A stretch of DNA of 64,000 nucleotides from Eledone cirrhosa (lineage: Eukaryota), in assembly GCA_964016885.1 (NCBI GenBank), contig OZ024743.1:190836001-190900000 (forward strand). The letters run 5' to 3'. The position numbers and the translations under genes are program-made. The stretch's first letter is position 1, and every line of letters begins with the position of its first letter. Shown in pieces: positions 29,769 to 41,478 of the stretch. The notes under the pieces are model-generated. The model did no database searches. It was not told the origin of the DNA and saw only the letters and a list, made by a program, of their open reading frames with translations.

Positions 29769-30564
29769 TTACTTTCTTTTTGCATCTTTGTATTTGTCTT
29801 TTTAATTCTTGAACTATATATATATTTTATATTTTTCTGAAGTTCTTTCTAGATGACATATGAGTAGTTCTAAATTTGTAGTCACCAATAATATATCAGC
29901 TAACTTTTCACTTTTCCACACCTCAAAGTTAAGATGTTTATACTTTGACAACAAATGTTCAGGGAATATAAAACATGAAATTTAAAAATATATCATTCAA
30001 AGAAAAATAACATTCGTTCTAAGTAAACAGTTATTTCAGTTTATAAAAAAGCAATAAAAAATATATTTAAGTAATTTTAGCTCTCTCATTAACATTACGT
30101 CACCTATAACTTTCTTTCCACCTTTCCAGCTCTTAATGTTTTCTACAAACTCTCTCACACCACCACCCTGGATACGTTGAACATACACATACGCATTCCC
30201 TTCCCCTCTGTATACGCGCTTGTGTGTGTGTAGTTATAGACACGACTATGCTTGAGGTTTAACTGTTTTATAAAATATATCTCATTATTTGGAGTGATAT
30301 CTAAAGTAAAAATAGTTGTGCCTTTAACAACACATTGAAATGTATATATGTATGTATGTTATCTCTTTCTCTTAATTTCGAGTATATTTTTCTTGACCGG
30401 CCACCTTCCTGGTGGCAAGGTTGTAAAAGAAAAGAAATTGTCATCCCTTGAATCGCAAGAATGTTTTGCAAATGTATAGATTTATATATGTATGTACGTA
30501 TGTATGTATGAATGGATGTCTCTCACTCTCACTCTCGCTCTCTCTCACTCTCTCTTTCTTTCTT

Positions 30565-30620
<56 letters not shown>

Positions 30621-31069
30621 AAATAACGTTAAGACAGATGTTATGGTTACATAATTGTACTTATTACTTTATACGTATTTCGATGGATGATGGTTATGTA
30701 GTAGATACATCATAAACATCTGTTCGCTGCATTTAGAACAGAATGAAAATATTTTGCCTACGATATATCAACATACCAACATAACCACTACAGGTAATTG
30801 TGTTACAATTTCATGTTGTCACACCAGTTACTGATGTAAACCTTGCATGATAGCTGCCCACCATTTCAGTGAAATACTTTTAATGTAATAAATACAATTA
30901 TGTAAACATAAAATCTGTCTTAACTTTATTTCTTATGGGAAAACACCATCGCGTTTAATCGTCATCACGATGCTGGATATAAATGACTGATGTAGAGTGC
31001 TGTCACCTGTTTGAATGTAATTATCTTCATGGCGACTACACGTAACTTTCACAGATAAATACTGTAATA

Positions 31070-31255
31070 ATTGTTTCTACTTTTGGCACAAGGCAAGCAA
31101 TAATTCAAGTGTATAACTGGTACTTTATTTTATCGACCCGTGAGGCTGAAAGGCAAAGTTAACCTCGGCGGGAGTTGAACTCAGTCCGTAAAGGGACGTA
31201 ACTGTGCTGCAAAGCATGGCGTCCGACCCTCTACCGATACTGCAACTCCACCGCT
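31070..31255 (-). mobile_element. tRNA-derived SINE
   Basis: Same conserved core and B-box. Confidence 0.8.
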
Positions 31256-31314
31256 CTCTGTAATAATGTAATAATACTGTAATAGAGGGCAAATATATAA
31301 ATACTGTAATTATG

Positions 31315-31356
<42 letters not shown>

Positions 31357-32104
31357 TGCATATATATATATAAGAGGGTGTTAAAGTTTGCTTGAAGCAT
31401 TGTGAAATATGTAAAATATGTAGTTTAGAAAGCCACAACAATGCAGATGGGAAATCTCGAGGTAGGAAGTGAGTGAGAAATAGGAGAAAAGTGAAAATTG
31501 AGAGAAACGAAAAAACGAAAACAAAACAAAGGTAGAAGGGTTACCGTAGTGGAGATTTAATCCCAATATTTCGGGCTCACGCCCATCAACGGGGGTAGAG
31601 TTCCAAAAGGAGGGGAACAGGCTAAGCCGGAGAAAGTTGTATTGTCGTTAAAACATAGGAATGCCGTTATGGGGAAAAATTCAAACGAGGGAAAGAATGC
31701 GCGTGCGCGTGATAGGCTGTGGCAAAAGCTACTGACCAATTGGGTTAAATCAATAGGGTGCGCTAGCGTGTGAAAGCCGTAAAATATGTGTGTGTAAATA
31801 TATATGTGTGTGTAACTCTGTGTGTATATGTGTATGTGTGTATGTATGTGAGTGTGTGTGTGTGAAAGATAGTGGGCCGTAGAAGCTGGAATTCAAAGGG
31901 TGTGAAAGGTGGTAGGTTGTATAAACATGTGTGCGTTTATAAATATAGATGTGTGTGTGTGTGTGTGTGTATGTGTATGGGTATAATATAAGTGCGTGTG
32001 TGTGAAAGATAGTAGGCCGTAGGGGCTGTTACTGGTCACTATGGTTAGATTAGCCATGTCAGCTCATTTCTCTCAGCCCGGTTGTTAAGTGGGGTCTGAG
32101 GTTC

Positions 32105-32968
32105 TTAATAACAAGTGCTTCCTTTATCCTTAAGGATCCGTGTAAGTTCATTTAGGACATAGCCTCTCTTAGCGTTGTTGGGGAGGGCTGAGTTGTAATG
32201 AACAAATAAGTCCTTGCACGCTGCCTTGCGGTAGAAGGTGGTGTTTATGTCTCCTTCTTCCGAGATGTTGATACGGAAGTCGAGGAGGGCGAGTGACCCG
32301 TCTTCTTCAGGGTGTTCGACGGTGAAATCGACGTGATGGTCAGTGTCGTTAAAGATTTGGTGAATTTCATTCGCCATCTCCCTGGAAGAAGTGAGTATCA
32401 GTATGTCATCAACGTTTCTGGAGTAGAAGGCGACGGCGTTGGGTTGGCAGGTGTTGAGTGCCTTGCGTTCCAGGTGGTCCATGTACGAGATCGCAAGTAT
32501 GCCGGACAGACTAGAGCCCATAGGTAGCCCAGAGATCTGTTTGTACGTGTGGCCGAGGAAATTGAAGAATGCATTATCCACAACGAAGGAGAGGAGTTGG
32601 TGGATGTCCGTGTGTGTGAGTCCGAAGCAGTGTAAGTTAGATGCTCGGACTCGTTCGGTCAACAGGTCGACGGCTGGGGATGCTGGTACGGAGGTATAAA
32701 GGGTGACCACATCAAGACTGAAGGCATATCCGTTGTCCTTTCTGGTGTTGGGCGCCAGATAGTGTAGTCGCTCCAAGACCTCCTTTGGGCTGCAGACGTA
32801 GGCTGGTAGTGTGTGTAGAATGGGTTTCAGTAGTGTGGAGAGCAGCCACGATATTTTGTAAAGTGGGCCCTCCACGCTAGAGAAAATGGGCCTGATTTTC
32901 AAATCGGGTCCTTGTTTATGGGTTTTCACCAGGTGGTAGAAGGTGGGTAGTTTGCTGTTTCTAGTCAT
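32105..32968 (-). pseudogene. PLE reverse transcriptase core (endonuclease deleted)
   Basis: KTHK..IRPI, FSLDVVTLYTSV, YKQISGLPMGSSLS, YSRNVDD, LLDF, YRK. Confidence 0.9.
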
Positions 32969-33204
32969 TATGTTATTTTTTACCTTCTTTGGCAGTTGTC
33001 GTTGGACACAGATGTTAGTCCATATGGTGTTAATGCCTTCCTCGATTAGAGTCGGGGAGGTCCCTGTGACCTTCGAGTAGAGGCTGTCGTCATTAAGATG
33101 TTGGAGAGCTAAGTTGTTGTAGGTCTCTCTCGAGATGACACAGAATTCTTTCCCCTTGTCAGAGGGAAGGTAAACAAGGTTCCTGGATCTTAGGGAGATG
33201 GCGA

Positions 33205-34104
33205 ATGAAATTCACCAAATCATTGGCGAATGAAATTCACCAAATCTTTAACAACACTGACCATCACGTCGATTTCACCATCGAACACCCTGAAGAAGAC
33301 GGGTCACTCGCCCTCCTCGACTTCCGTATCAATATCTCGGAAGAAGGAGACATAAACACCACCTTCTACCGCAAGGCAGCGTGCAAGTACTTATTTGTGC
33401 ATTACAACTCAGCCCTCCCCAACAACGCTAAGAGAGGCTATGTCCTAAATGAACTTACACGGATCACTAATAGATGCAGCGACCCGATGGGTGGTCTCAC
33501 CCATACCACGCAATTCCGTAATCTACTCAAGTCTAATGGATATCCCAAGCGACTGATTAACGGAATTAGAGACCCCAGACCCAATAGACAGACACCCACT
33601 AGAAACTTAGATAAAAGCAGGTGCTTCTTTAAAATCCCTCACCTGAGTGAATATACCACGAACGCCATCCGCAGGGCCATGCGGAGGGAGGGGCTTGACA
33701 TACCTTTGGCCCACACAGGACCTTCACTCCGAAGATGCCTCTCCACCAAACACGACGAGTCAGATGGGACGTGTTCCCTCAGCAACTGCCCGATACGGGG
33801 GGCAGATTGCCTACGCACCTATGTCGTATATAAGATTCAATGCGATAAATGTAACAAGTTTTACATAGGTAGCACCATCCGACCCCTACATGTTCGTATC
33901 AAGGAACATGTCAACACCAACGCATCTTCCTTCCGTAAACACATCCTTAAATGCGAAAACCCACAGGGCAGACACTTGGTCACAGTCCTAGCGACTGAAC
34001 GCAGCATCGGATCCTTAAGGATAAAGGAAGCACTTGTTATTAAGAACCTCAGACCCCCACTTAACAACCGGGCTGAGAGAAATGAGCTGACATGGCTAAT
34101 TTAA
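33205..34104 (+). CDS. PLE RT thumb plus GIY-YIG endonuclease (5'-truncated, open frame)
   Basis: CSLSNCP..CL..VVYKIQCDKCNKFYIGST.RPLHVRIKEH..KEA..LN. Confidence 0.9.
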   Translation: MKFTKSLANEIHQIFNNTDHHVDFTIEHPEEDGSLALLDFRINISEEGDINTTFYRKAACKYLFVHYNSALPNNAKRGYVLNELTRITNRCSDPMGGLTHTTQFRNLLKSNGYPKRLINGIRDPRPNRQTPTRNLDKSRCFFKIPHLSEYTTNAIRRAMRREGLDIPLAHTGPSLRRCLSTKHDESDGTCSLSNCPIRGADCLRTYVVYKIQCDKCNKFYIGSTIRPLHVRIKEHVNTNASSFRKHILKCENPQGRHLVTVLATERSIGSLRIKEALVIKNLRPPLNNRAERNELTWLI

Positions 34105-34169
34105 CCATAGTGACCAGTAACAGCCCCTACGGCCTACTATCTTTCACACACACGCACTTATATTATACC

Positions 34170-34208
<39 letters not shown>

Positions 34209-34743
34209 CTATATTTATACACGCACACATGTTTATACAACCTACCACCTTTCACACCCTTTGAATTCCAGCTTCTACGGCCCACTATCTTTCACACACA
34301 CACACTCACATACATACACACATACACATATACACACAGAGTTACACACACATATATATTTACACACACATATTTTACGGCTTTCACACGCTAGCGCACC
34401 CTATTGATTTAACCCAATTGGTCAGTAGTTTTGCCACAGCCTATCACGCGCACGCGCATTCTTTCCCTCGTTTGAATTTTTCCCCATAACGGCATTCCTA
34501 TGTTTTAACGACAATACAACTTTCTCCGGCTTAGCCTGTTCCCCTCCTTTTGGAACTCTACCCCCGTTGATGGGCGTGAGCCCGAAATATTGGGATTAAA
34601 TCTCCACTACGGTAACCCTTCTACCTTTGTTTTGTTTTCGTTTTTTCGTTTCTCTCAATTTTCACTTTTCTCCTATTTCTCACTCACTTCCTACCTCGAG
34701 ATTTCCCATCTGCATTGTTGTGGCTTTCTAAACTACATATTTT

Positions 34744-34812
<69 letters not shown>

Positions 34813-35004
34813 GTATAGGATTATCCAAGATGTAGTAATGGTTAATTACTACACTGGATATGGTTGACGTACGGTGAGAGGTTACTCTACGAGTTATGGA
34901 AGAATTGTTGAAGAAACTTAGTTCCTGATCCTTCTGTATTCCGGAGTGTATATAAAGAATGAATAATAACAGGTAGACATCATAAAAAGGTAATTTATTC
35001 CGTG

Positions 35005-35116
35005 TGCTTACAAATGTTTCCACGGTGGTACTACAGCCTAGTTATGCTATGTGCAAATTTACAAGTATTTGCAGAACTCAAATATCCAATGCTGTGACCA
35101 CTGTATCCTCAGAGCA
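35005..35116 (-). ncRNA. Type I hammerhead with extended stem II, downstream pLTR
   Basis: tgct-CTGAGGA-t-acagtggt..acagc..[tgcaaat/atttgca]..gctgt..accaccgt-g-GAAA-catttg-TA-agca. Confidence 0.8.
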
Positions 35117-35602
35117 GAATGGTAAAATGTACAATGTAAATACCCTTAAGTGGGGTTGTTGTGGAAGATAGAGTAGAAAAGGAAGAGAGAAATGTAGGGG
35201 AGAGGGAGAGAGAGAGAAAGATATGCAGGGGTTGGAGAAGTAGGAGAGAGTGGTTTGTAGATATCTTAATCAAAATGTTATGGTAGGGGTTTTATTATAC
35301 TGGTTACTTTTGGAGAGATACGTTGATAGTTAAGGTCGGAATTATTTATTGCCCCAGAGGGCAGGTTCATAGATGTGGAGAGGGAGGTAGGCCAAAGGCG
35401 AGAGAGAGTATAATGGATGTAGAGAGAGAGGTAGAGAGGGGACAGACGAAGTTTATGTGGTGAGTGAACTTTGGGTTTGTAGTAGTAATCTACGAATTGC
35501 ACTGAGTTACCATTTATAGTGATAAGCAGTGTATTGTCTTGTAGTGTGGGAGAAGAGAAGGTGGTTAGCTAGAAAGCGATGTTATAGTTACGGGTTCGAA
35601 TG

Positions 35603-37702
35603 TTAAGTTATTTTATAGTGAGAGAATTTAGCTTTTAGTTTGTGGTTGCAGTATAAAGATTGTTCAATTCTATCGTTAAGTAGTTTGTTTTGGGATTTTA
35701 ATATGTAAAAGAGTTCAAGGTTACATAACCTGCAATACTTCAATCCACTCCGATATGCACTTGCGCTGGAAAGTATATCCCATTTTAAGGTGAACTGTTG
35801 GTTGTGTTCACGGAGTTGCCAGGTCTTGTTGGCGAGCGTGGTCACAAAACGGTGATTAGGATGTTTGATTGAGAATCGATGACGGTACCAACGAGATTTA
35901 AACGAGGTGGTGGTAGATCCGATATAATACCATTTCTGGTCGTTCGATTCAACCGTGCATTGGTAAACCATATTGGACTTTAGGCATTCATTCTTCAATG
36001 GACATCTTTCAGGTAGATGGCAGTTACATTCTTTGTTGTGGGTAGCGGGTATACCATGGATAGGTTGTGATAGCGGTACAGGTGGATTGTGTAATACCCG
36101 TCTCCCATTTAGTGGTTGGGAGGCAGATATTACGTTCTGCCCATCTGTTACTAAAATGTTTTGTTTTGTAGAGTTGTTTAATTGCCTTAAGTTAAGTTTT
36201 TTTATGTATGCTTCAAGGTTTGGTGCCGTGGAGTATGATAGTCTAATAGTTTTAGAGTTCAGAATTTTGCTGTATTTATAGGAACTAGGGAAATGTTTGT
36301 TGATTAACTTAAAGAATGAAAGAGATAGTTTTGTACTAATCGAGGCATTACAAATAGGATTGTACCAGATATACTTTCTACAACGTGATTTATTTGGTGG
36401 AGATTTTCTATTATTAGTGTGTCTGGTAGTACTGTGTGTGTGCGCTTGTATTTTAGTCCCCCGATTACGTATTCCTTGATTTCGTGTAGAGCTATGTGTG
36501 TTATGGAAATTCCTATCAATGTATTCTATTGTATCCCGGTGGTCGGCATTCCTTAATGCATTATTGTAGTATTCAGCGTGTTCACTAAAAATATCAGAGT
36601 TAGACGATAGGCGAGAGATTCTAAGAGAAATACTCCGGGGAACTGATTTGATCATGGAGAGTGGGTGGTTAGAGTTAAAGTTAATATACGTAAGGTTCTC
36701 ATTCATCTTGTGGAATGGTCGTATCTGTCCGGTATTTAAATTAAGAGTTACGTCCGGAAAGTTTACTACTTTAAGATTGTATTCGTATGTTATTTTTAGA
36801 CCCAGTTCACTAAAAGATTTTCTAATATTTTTCCGTAGCCTTTCAAGATTTTGGTTATTTAAGTTATTAACTAATAAGAACTCGTCATCTCTGTATATCC
36901 CACCCTGTAGATTACTAAATTTACTATGTAATATGTGGGCTATGTAAATTCCCACGAGATCCGTGACCTCCGCTGAGTCGTTGGAACCCATGGTAATGTT
37001 GAAGTTTGTGGGTCTGTCCTTACGTTCCCAGTAGCAGTTATCAAACTTAATAATGGTTTTTCTAGCCTCGAGAATAATATTAATTTCGTCCTCCGTTAGG
37101 TCGGAATTGACCTTAGCAAACGATAGGGCCTTACGTAAAGTGCTTGGTGAGATGGAAGAGTAGTATTCGTCTATGTCAAATTGTATAAACTTAGATTTAT
37201 TCTTATTCTTAACCTTATTAAACCAGCGAATTGCTTCGCTAGTGTTGCCCCATAATTTAATTTCAATTTTCTTTTTCACTTGCGTTATTACTCTGTCAAG
37301 TATATGTTTGCTAATTTTTCCTATGTCTGATTTAGAAGGGCATATAAGTCTAATCTTAGGGTTAGAGTAAAAATTTACCTTATGGTCCTTCAGGTTGAAG
37401 GTGGGGGTAGCGGGTATAATCGGCTCGGTTCTATCGTCTATCTTGAGATTCTTCACCACTTTATATGCCTTGTTGTTAATATTTGCTAGCGTAGTTTCAT
37501 TTGTTTTTCTATATTTTTTGTGTAGTTCGTTGGGTATGAAGTTATTGTACGTATCGATATCCATGGCATACACGTTAGAGGTCTTGTCAGCTTTCACAAC
37601 AATTCCATTGGTATTTTGCAATCTTCGGAGTAGTGCTTTCATGTTGTTCTGCAGCTCATTATTTCTATGTTTATTGAACTTAATGTTCATGGTCGTTTTC
37701 AT
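35603..37702 (-). CDS. PLE RT-GIY-YIG polyprotein (699 aa; N-terminus extends to ~37920 across a frameshift)
   Basis: KADKT, LKDHK..IRLICPSKS, QFDI..YYSSI, TMGSNDSAEV.DLVG, IYRDD, CNC..CPL..CL, MVY..YYIGST..FKSR..H. Confidence 0.92.
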   Translation of the reverse strand: MKTTMNIKFNKHRNNELQNNMKALLRRLQNTNGIVVKADKTSNVYAMDIDTYNNFIPNELHKKYRKTNETTLANINNKAYKVVKNLKIDDRTEPIIPATPTFNLKDHKVNFYSNPKIRLICPSKSDIGKISKHILDRVITQVKKKIEIKLWGNTSEAIRWFNKVKNKNKSKFIQFDIDEYYSSISPSTLRKALSFAKVNSDLTEDEINIILEARKTIIKFDNCYWERKDRPTNFNITMGSNDSAEVTDLVGIYIAHILHSKFSNLQGGIYRDDEFLLVNNLNNQNLERLRKNIRKSFSELGLKITYEYNLKVVNFPDVTLNLNTGQIRPFHKMNENLTYINFNSNHPLSMIKSVPRSISLRISRLSSNSDIFSEHAEYYNNALRNADHRDTIEYIDRNFHNTHSSTRNQGIRNRGTKIQAHTHSTTRHTNNRKSPPNKSRCRKYIWYNPICNASISTKLSLSFFKLINKHFPSSYKYSKILNSKTIRLSYSTAPNLEAYIKKLNLRQLNNSTKQNILVTDGQNVISASQPLNGRRVLHNPPVPLSQPIHGIPATHNKECNCHLPERCPLKNECLKSNMVYQCTVESNDQKWYYIGSTTTSFKSRWYRHRFSIKHPNHRFVTTLANKTWQLREHNQQFTLKWDILSSASAYRSGLKYCRLCNLELFYILKSQNKLLNDRIEQSLYCNHKLKAKFSHYKIT

Positions 37703-38167
37703 TAAATCTTGTTCGAAAGCATCGAGATGAGGGTTTGTGGGTGGGTTTTTACATGATTTAAAACCATATGATTCAGACGAGTGACTGGAGCGTCCTTTAT
37801 CGAAATGGAAAGCTTTCCATCGTACACGCTGAATGAAGTCGTTGAATCATACTAAGAATATATTCCCTTTTGTTAGGTATAGGTATGTTTTTAAGTGACA
37901 TACCTATATGATGCCTTTCCATATTAATGCCGTGTGTCGGTGTGGTTGCTCAACTGTGTAGGAGGCCATTATTAAGTATAGGATTATCCAAGATGTAGTA
38001 ATTGTTAATTACTACACTGGATATGGTTGACGTACGGTGAGAGGTTACTCTACGAGTTATGGAAGAATTGTTGAAGAAACTTAGTTCCTGATCCTTCTGT
38101 ATTCCGGAGTGTATATAAAGAATGAATAATAACAGGTAGACATCATAAAAAGGTAATTTATTCCGTG

Positions 38168-38279
38168 TGCTTACAAATGTTTCCACGGTGGTACTACAGC
38201 CTAGTTATGCTATGTGCAAATTTACAAGTATTTGCAGAACTCAAATATCCAATGCTGTGACCACTGTATCCTCAGAGCA
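38168..38279 (-). ncRNA. Matching hammerhead in upstream pLTR
   Basis: Same sequence as 35005-35116, offset 3163 bp. Confidence 0.8.
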
Positions 38280-38658
38280 GAATGGTAAAATGTACAATGT
38301 AAATACCCTTAAGTGGGGTTGTTGGGGAAGATAGAGTAGAAAAGGAAGAGAGAGAGAGAGCAAGATATGCAGGGGTTGGAGAAGTAGGAGAGAGTGGTTT
38401 GTAGATATCTTAATCAAAATGTTATGGTAGAGGTTTTATTATACTGGTTACTTTTGGAGAGATGCGTTGATAGTTAAGGTCGTTTCGACGACTATTTCTG
38501 GTCCAGAAATAGCCGTCGAAACGGTTTGAGCTCTGCCGTCGAGGTCTTCAACATTTTCCTATTACCCACTATAGTACATTAAGTATTGAGTACTCTGGTG
38601 TGTTATGGTCCATCTGGTTCCTTACCACGCTTCTTTCGTTATGTATGTATATATATAT

Positions 38659-38705
<47 letters not shown>

Positions 38706-38817
38706 TACGAAACAGTGTTGCATCTACATGATTATTTTATTGCATAATACATAGTTCAATGACATGGTTGGTAATCGAACAATGGTTACATCATGAGATG
38801 TTCATATAGTTAATATA

Positions 38818-38931
<114 letters not shown>

Positions 38932-39723
38932 TTAAGCCAAAATCGCATTTGAGGAGGAGATAAAAGTCAAATCGGCTAAAAAATGTCTGTTTTAACTTAT
39001 ACTCAAGATACAAGGTCAAGAACTCGAAGACATTCGAATAACAAATATTGGAAGTGGTTAATTATTTTATGAAATTATTAATATATCTTGTCAATTCCAG
39101 AGTCGATATAAACTCATTGTATCGTCCTAATATTCATGCAGTAATTCAGCGTTACATTCGGTTTTTTCACCATGCGATCTACTAACGGCATGGTATACAG
39201 TATATGATACAAATTCAACTTCTCCCTTGGGGTTGAATATATTCAACTAGTAATTAAACGACACAATACTTTGTTCACTATTCGGTCATACAGTGAAATG
39301 TTATGTATAATATATTTTCAACTTGTCCCCTTCCTTCTATGAAGACTTCACTTTCCTATGAAGAAACTCAAATTCTTCCAATATCGGTTATTCCAATGTC
39401 TTGGAGTTCCTGAATTTCGGAAACCATGTTCGGGGTATTATATAAGTTAAAACCGACTTTGTTTAGCTGATTTATATCCTCCCTCAAAATGAGATTTGGG
39501 CTGAAGTTTAATATATTTTAATACTTCCTTGTGTGGATAATTGATTTATTAATTTATTAATATAACTTGTCCTTCCTTTGAGATGTTTATGTATTGGAGA
39601 TTGTTAACTTTATGGAGTCATAAATTAATATATATATATACTATCAGAGTAAAGGAACAAGGATTCAGTGTTGCATCATGGGATATTTAATAACATATTA
39701 CATAATAACATATTACATAATAA

Positions 39724-39811
39724 CATATTACATATGTTTCCTTATCGATCAGCTCGAGGAAAACCTATTATTGATCGAACTTGACTTGTAATCGAAGGAT
39801 CGTCAGATATG
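39724..39811 (-). ncRNA. Type I hammerhead with extended stem II in solo pLTR-like fragment
   Basis: catat-CTGACGA-t-ccttcgatta..tgatcgataag-GAAA-catatg-TA-atatg. Confidence 0.75.
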
Positions 39812-39893
39812 TATTTACTATGTGATCTCGTCTCCGATTCTTATCTATTAATAATATATATATATAAACATGTAGGTATATATATATATAAAT

Positions 39894-39929
<36 letters not shown>

Positions 39930-39931
<2 letters not shown>

Positions 39932-40297
39932 CTTGATCAACTTGACCGACCAGTGTGTCGTGCTGTTTTAGCCATATGATGACGCCATCCCACTGGCTAG
40001 ACGGGCAGGCCGTAAGTCTAAAGTCTGTCTTAAGCCAGGAGGCTGATTTGGCCGGTGCTTATCCCGATTTCATGGCGTGAAGTGACTGAGAGTACAAGAC
40101 TACCCCCTGGACAGGACGCCAGTCCATCGCAGGGTTAAACCTCCACCTATTGCTGGTACTTATTTTCAGATGAGTAAACTGGAGCAACGTGAAATAAAGT
40201 GTCTTGCTCAAGGAAACAACACATCACCCGGTCCGAGAATTGAACTCACAACCTTTCGATTGCAAGCCTACTGCTCTAACCACTAAGCCATGCGCCT
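39930..40297 (-). mobile_element. tRNA-derived SINE with V-domain-like region
   Basis: tRNA head (ggcttagtggttagagc..gagttcaattc), ccttgagcaagacactt and cctgcgatggactggcgtcctgtccagggg. Confidence 0.75.
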
Positions 40298-40606
<309 letters not shown>

Positions 40607-40645
40607 TTGCGAGGTTTTTTTATATCAAATCGTGTGTCGAAACAG

Positions 40646-40956
40646 ATATTGTTATATTTGGGGAGGGTCATATTTGCGTAATATTGCCAGAATTAATAAC
40701 AGAACACACTCACTGTTTGGTTGGTTTTCGCTTCTCGCTGTCTTTTATATATATATATCTGCGATCTAACTTACTCGGTCCTCAATGTTGCCATTGACTG
40801 ACCGGCGGTCAATGGCAACATTGAGGACCGAGTAAGTTAGATCGCAGATATATATATATAAAAGACAGCGAGAAGTGAAAACCAACCAAACAGTGAGTGT
40901 GTTCTGTTATTAATTCTGGCAATATTACGCAAATATGACCCTCCCCAAATATAACA

Positions 40957-40960
<4 letters not shown>
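40646..40960. repeat. Near-perfect ~155-bp-arm palindrome of a pLTR-like family (single copy at ~11963-12120)
   Basis: Arms differ at very few positions; ~9-nt loop at ~40799-40807; (TA)n both sides. Confidence 0.9.
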
Positions 40961-40991
<31 letters not shown>

Positions 40992-40992
40992 T

Positions 40993-41056
<64 letters not shown>

Positions 41057-41149
41057 GAGAAGTTACTGTAGTCTCACCCGGGTGAGCACTCGATGTTTAG
41101 GTTCACGTCAGTATCAGGGTGTAGAGATAGACAGAGTGTAATATAATAA

Positions 41150-41303
41150 TTGTTTCTACTTTTGGCACAAGGCCACCAATTATCTCAGTGAATTACTGGT
41201 ACTTTATTTTATCGACCCCGTAAGGATGAAAGGCAAAGTTAACCTCGGTGGTATTTGAGCTCAGACCGCAAAGGGCTGCACCTCTATGCTACAAAGCATA
41301 GTG
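41150..41303 (-). mobile_element. tRNA-derived SINE
   Basis: Conserved core. Confidence 0.8.
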
Positions 41304-41316
41304 TAATATAATAATA

Positions 41317-41478
41317 CAAGGACGAATGGTTACTCCTTCATTACGTTTATTGGTTGGTGGCGCGAGTTTTGCTACTGATCAGCTCCAGTTTAGATCTGTA
41401 TCGATCAATGCAGATCGAACCTTGAGCTGGCTTCACCAACCCATAAACGCAATAAAGGAGTAACCATTCGTCCTTTGG
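41317..41478. mobile_element. ~160-bp MITE (Tc1/mariner-like)
   Basis: TIR aaggacgaatggttactcctt / aaggagtaaccattcgtcctt, TA flanks. Confidence 0.65.

Larger units (their letters stand above)
31373..34745. mobile_element. Penelope/Poseidon-type PLE in head-to-head fold-back arrangement
   Basis: Minus arm 33191->31373 and plus arm 33192->34745 share near-identical ORF end and 3' region; both outer ends in (TA)n. Confidence 0.9.
34809..38482 (-). mobile_element. Near full-length PLE (probably Nematis-type) with direct pseudo-LTRs
   Basis: Direct repeats 34809-35338 and ~37972-38482, nearly identical, bracketing an RT+GIY-YIG ORF. Confidence 0.92.

Noticed and set aside
40225-40297. tRNA gene
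   Set aside because: It is the tRNA-derived head of a SINE and continues into the SINE body; no intact cloverleaf.
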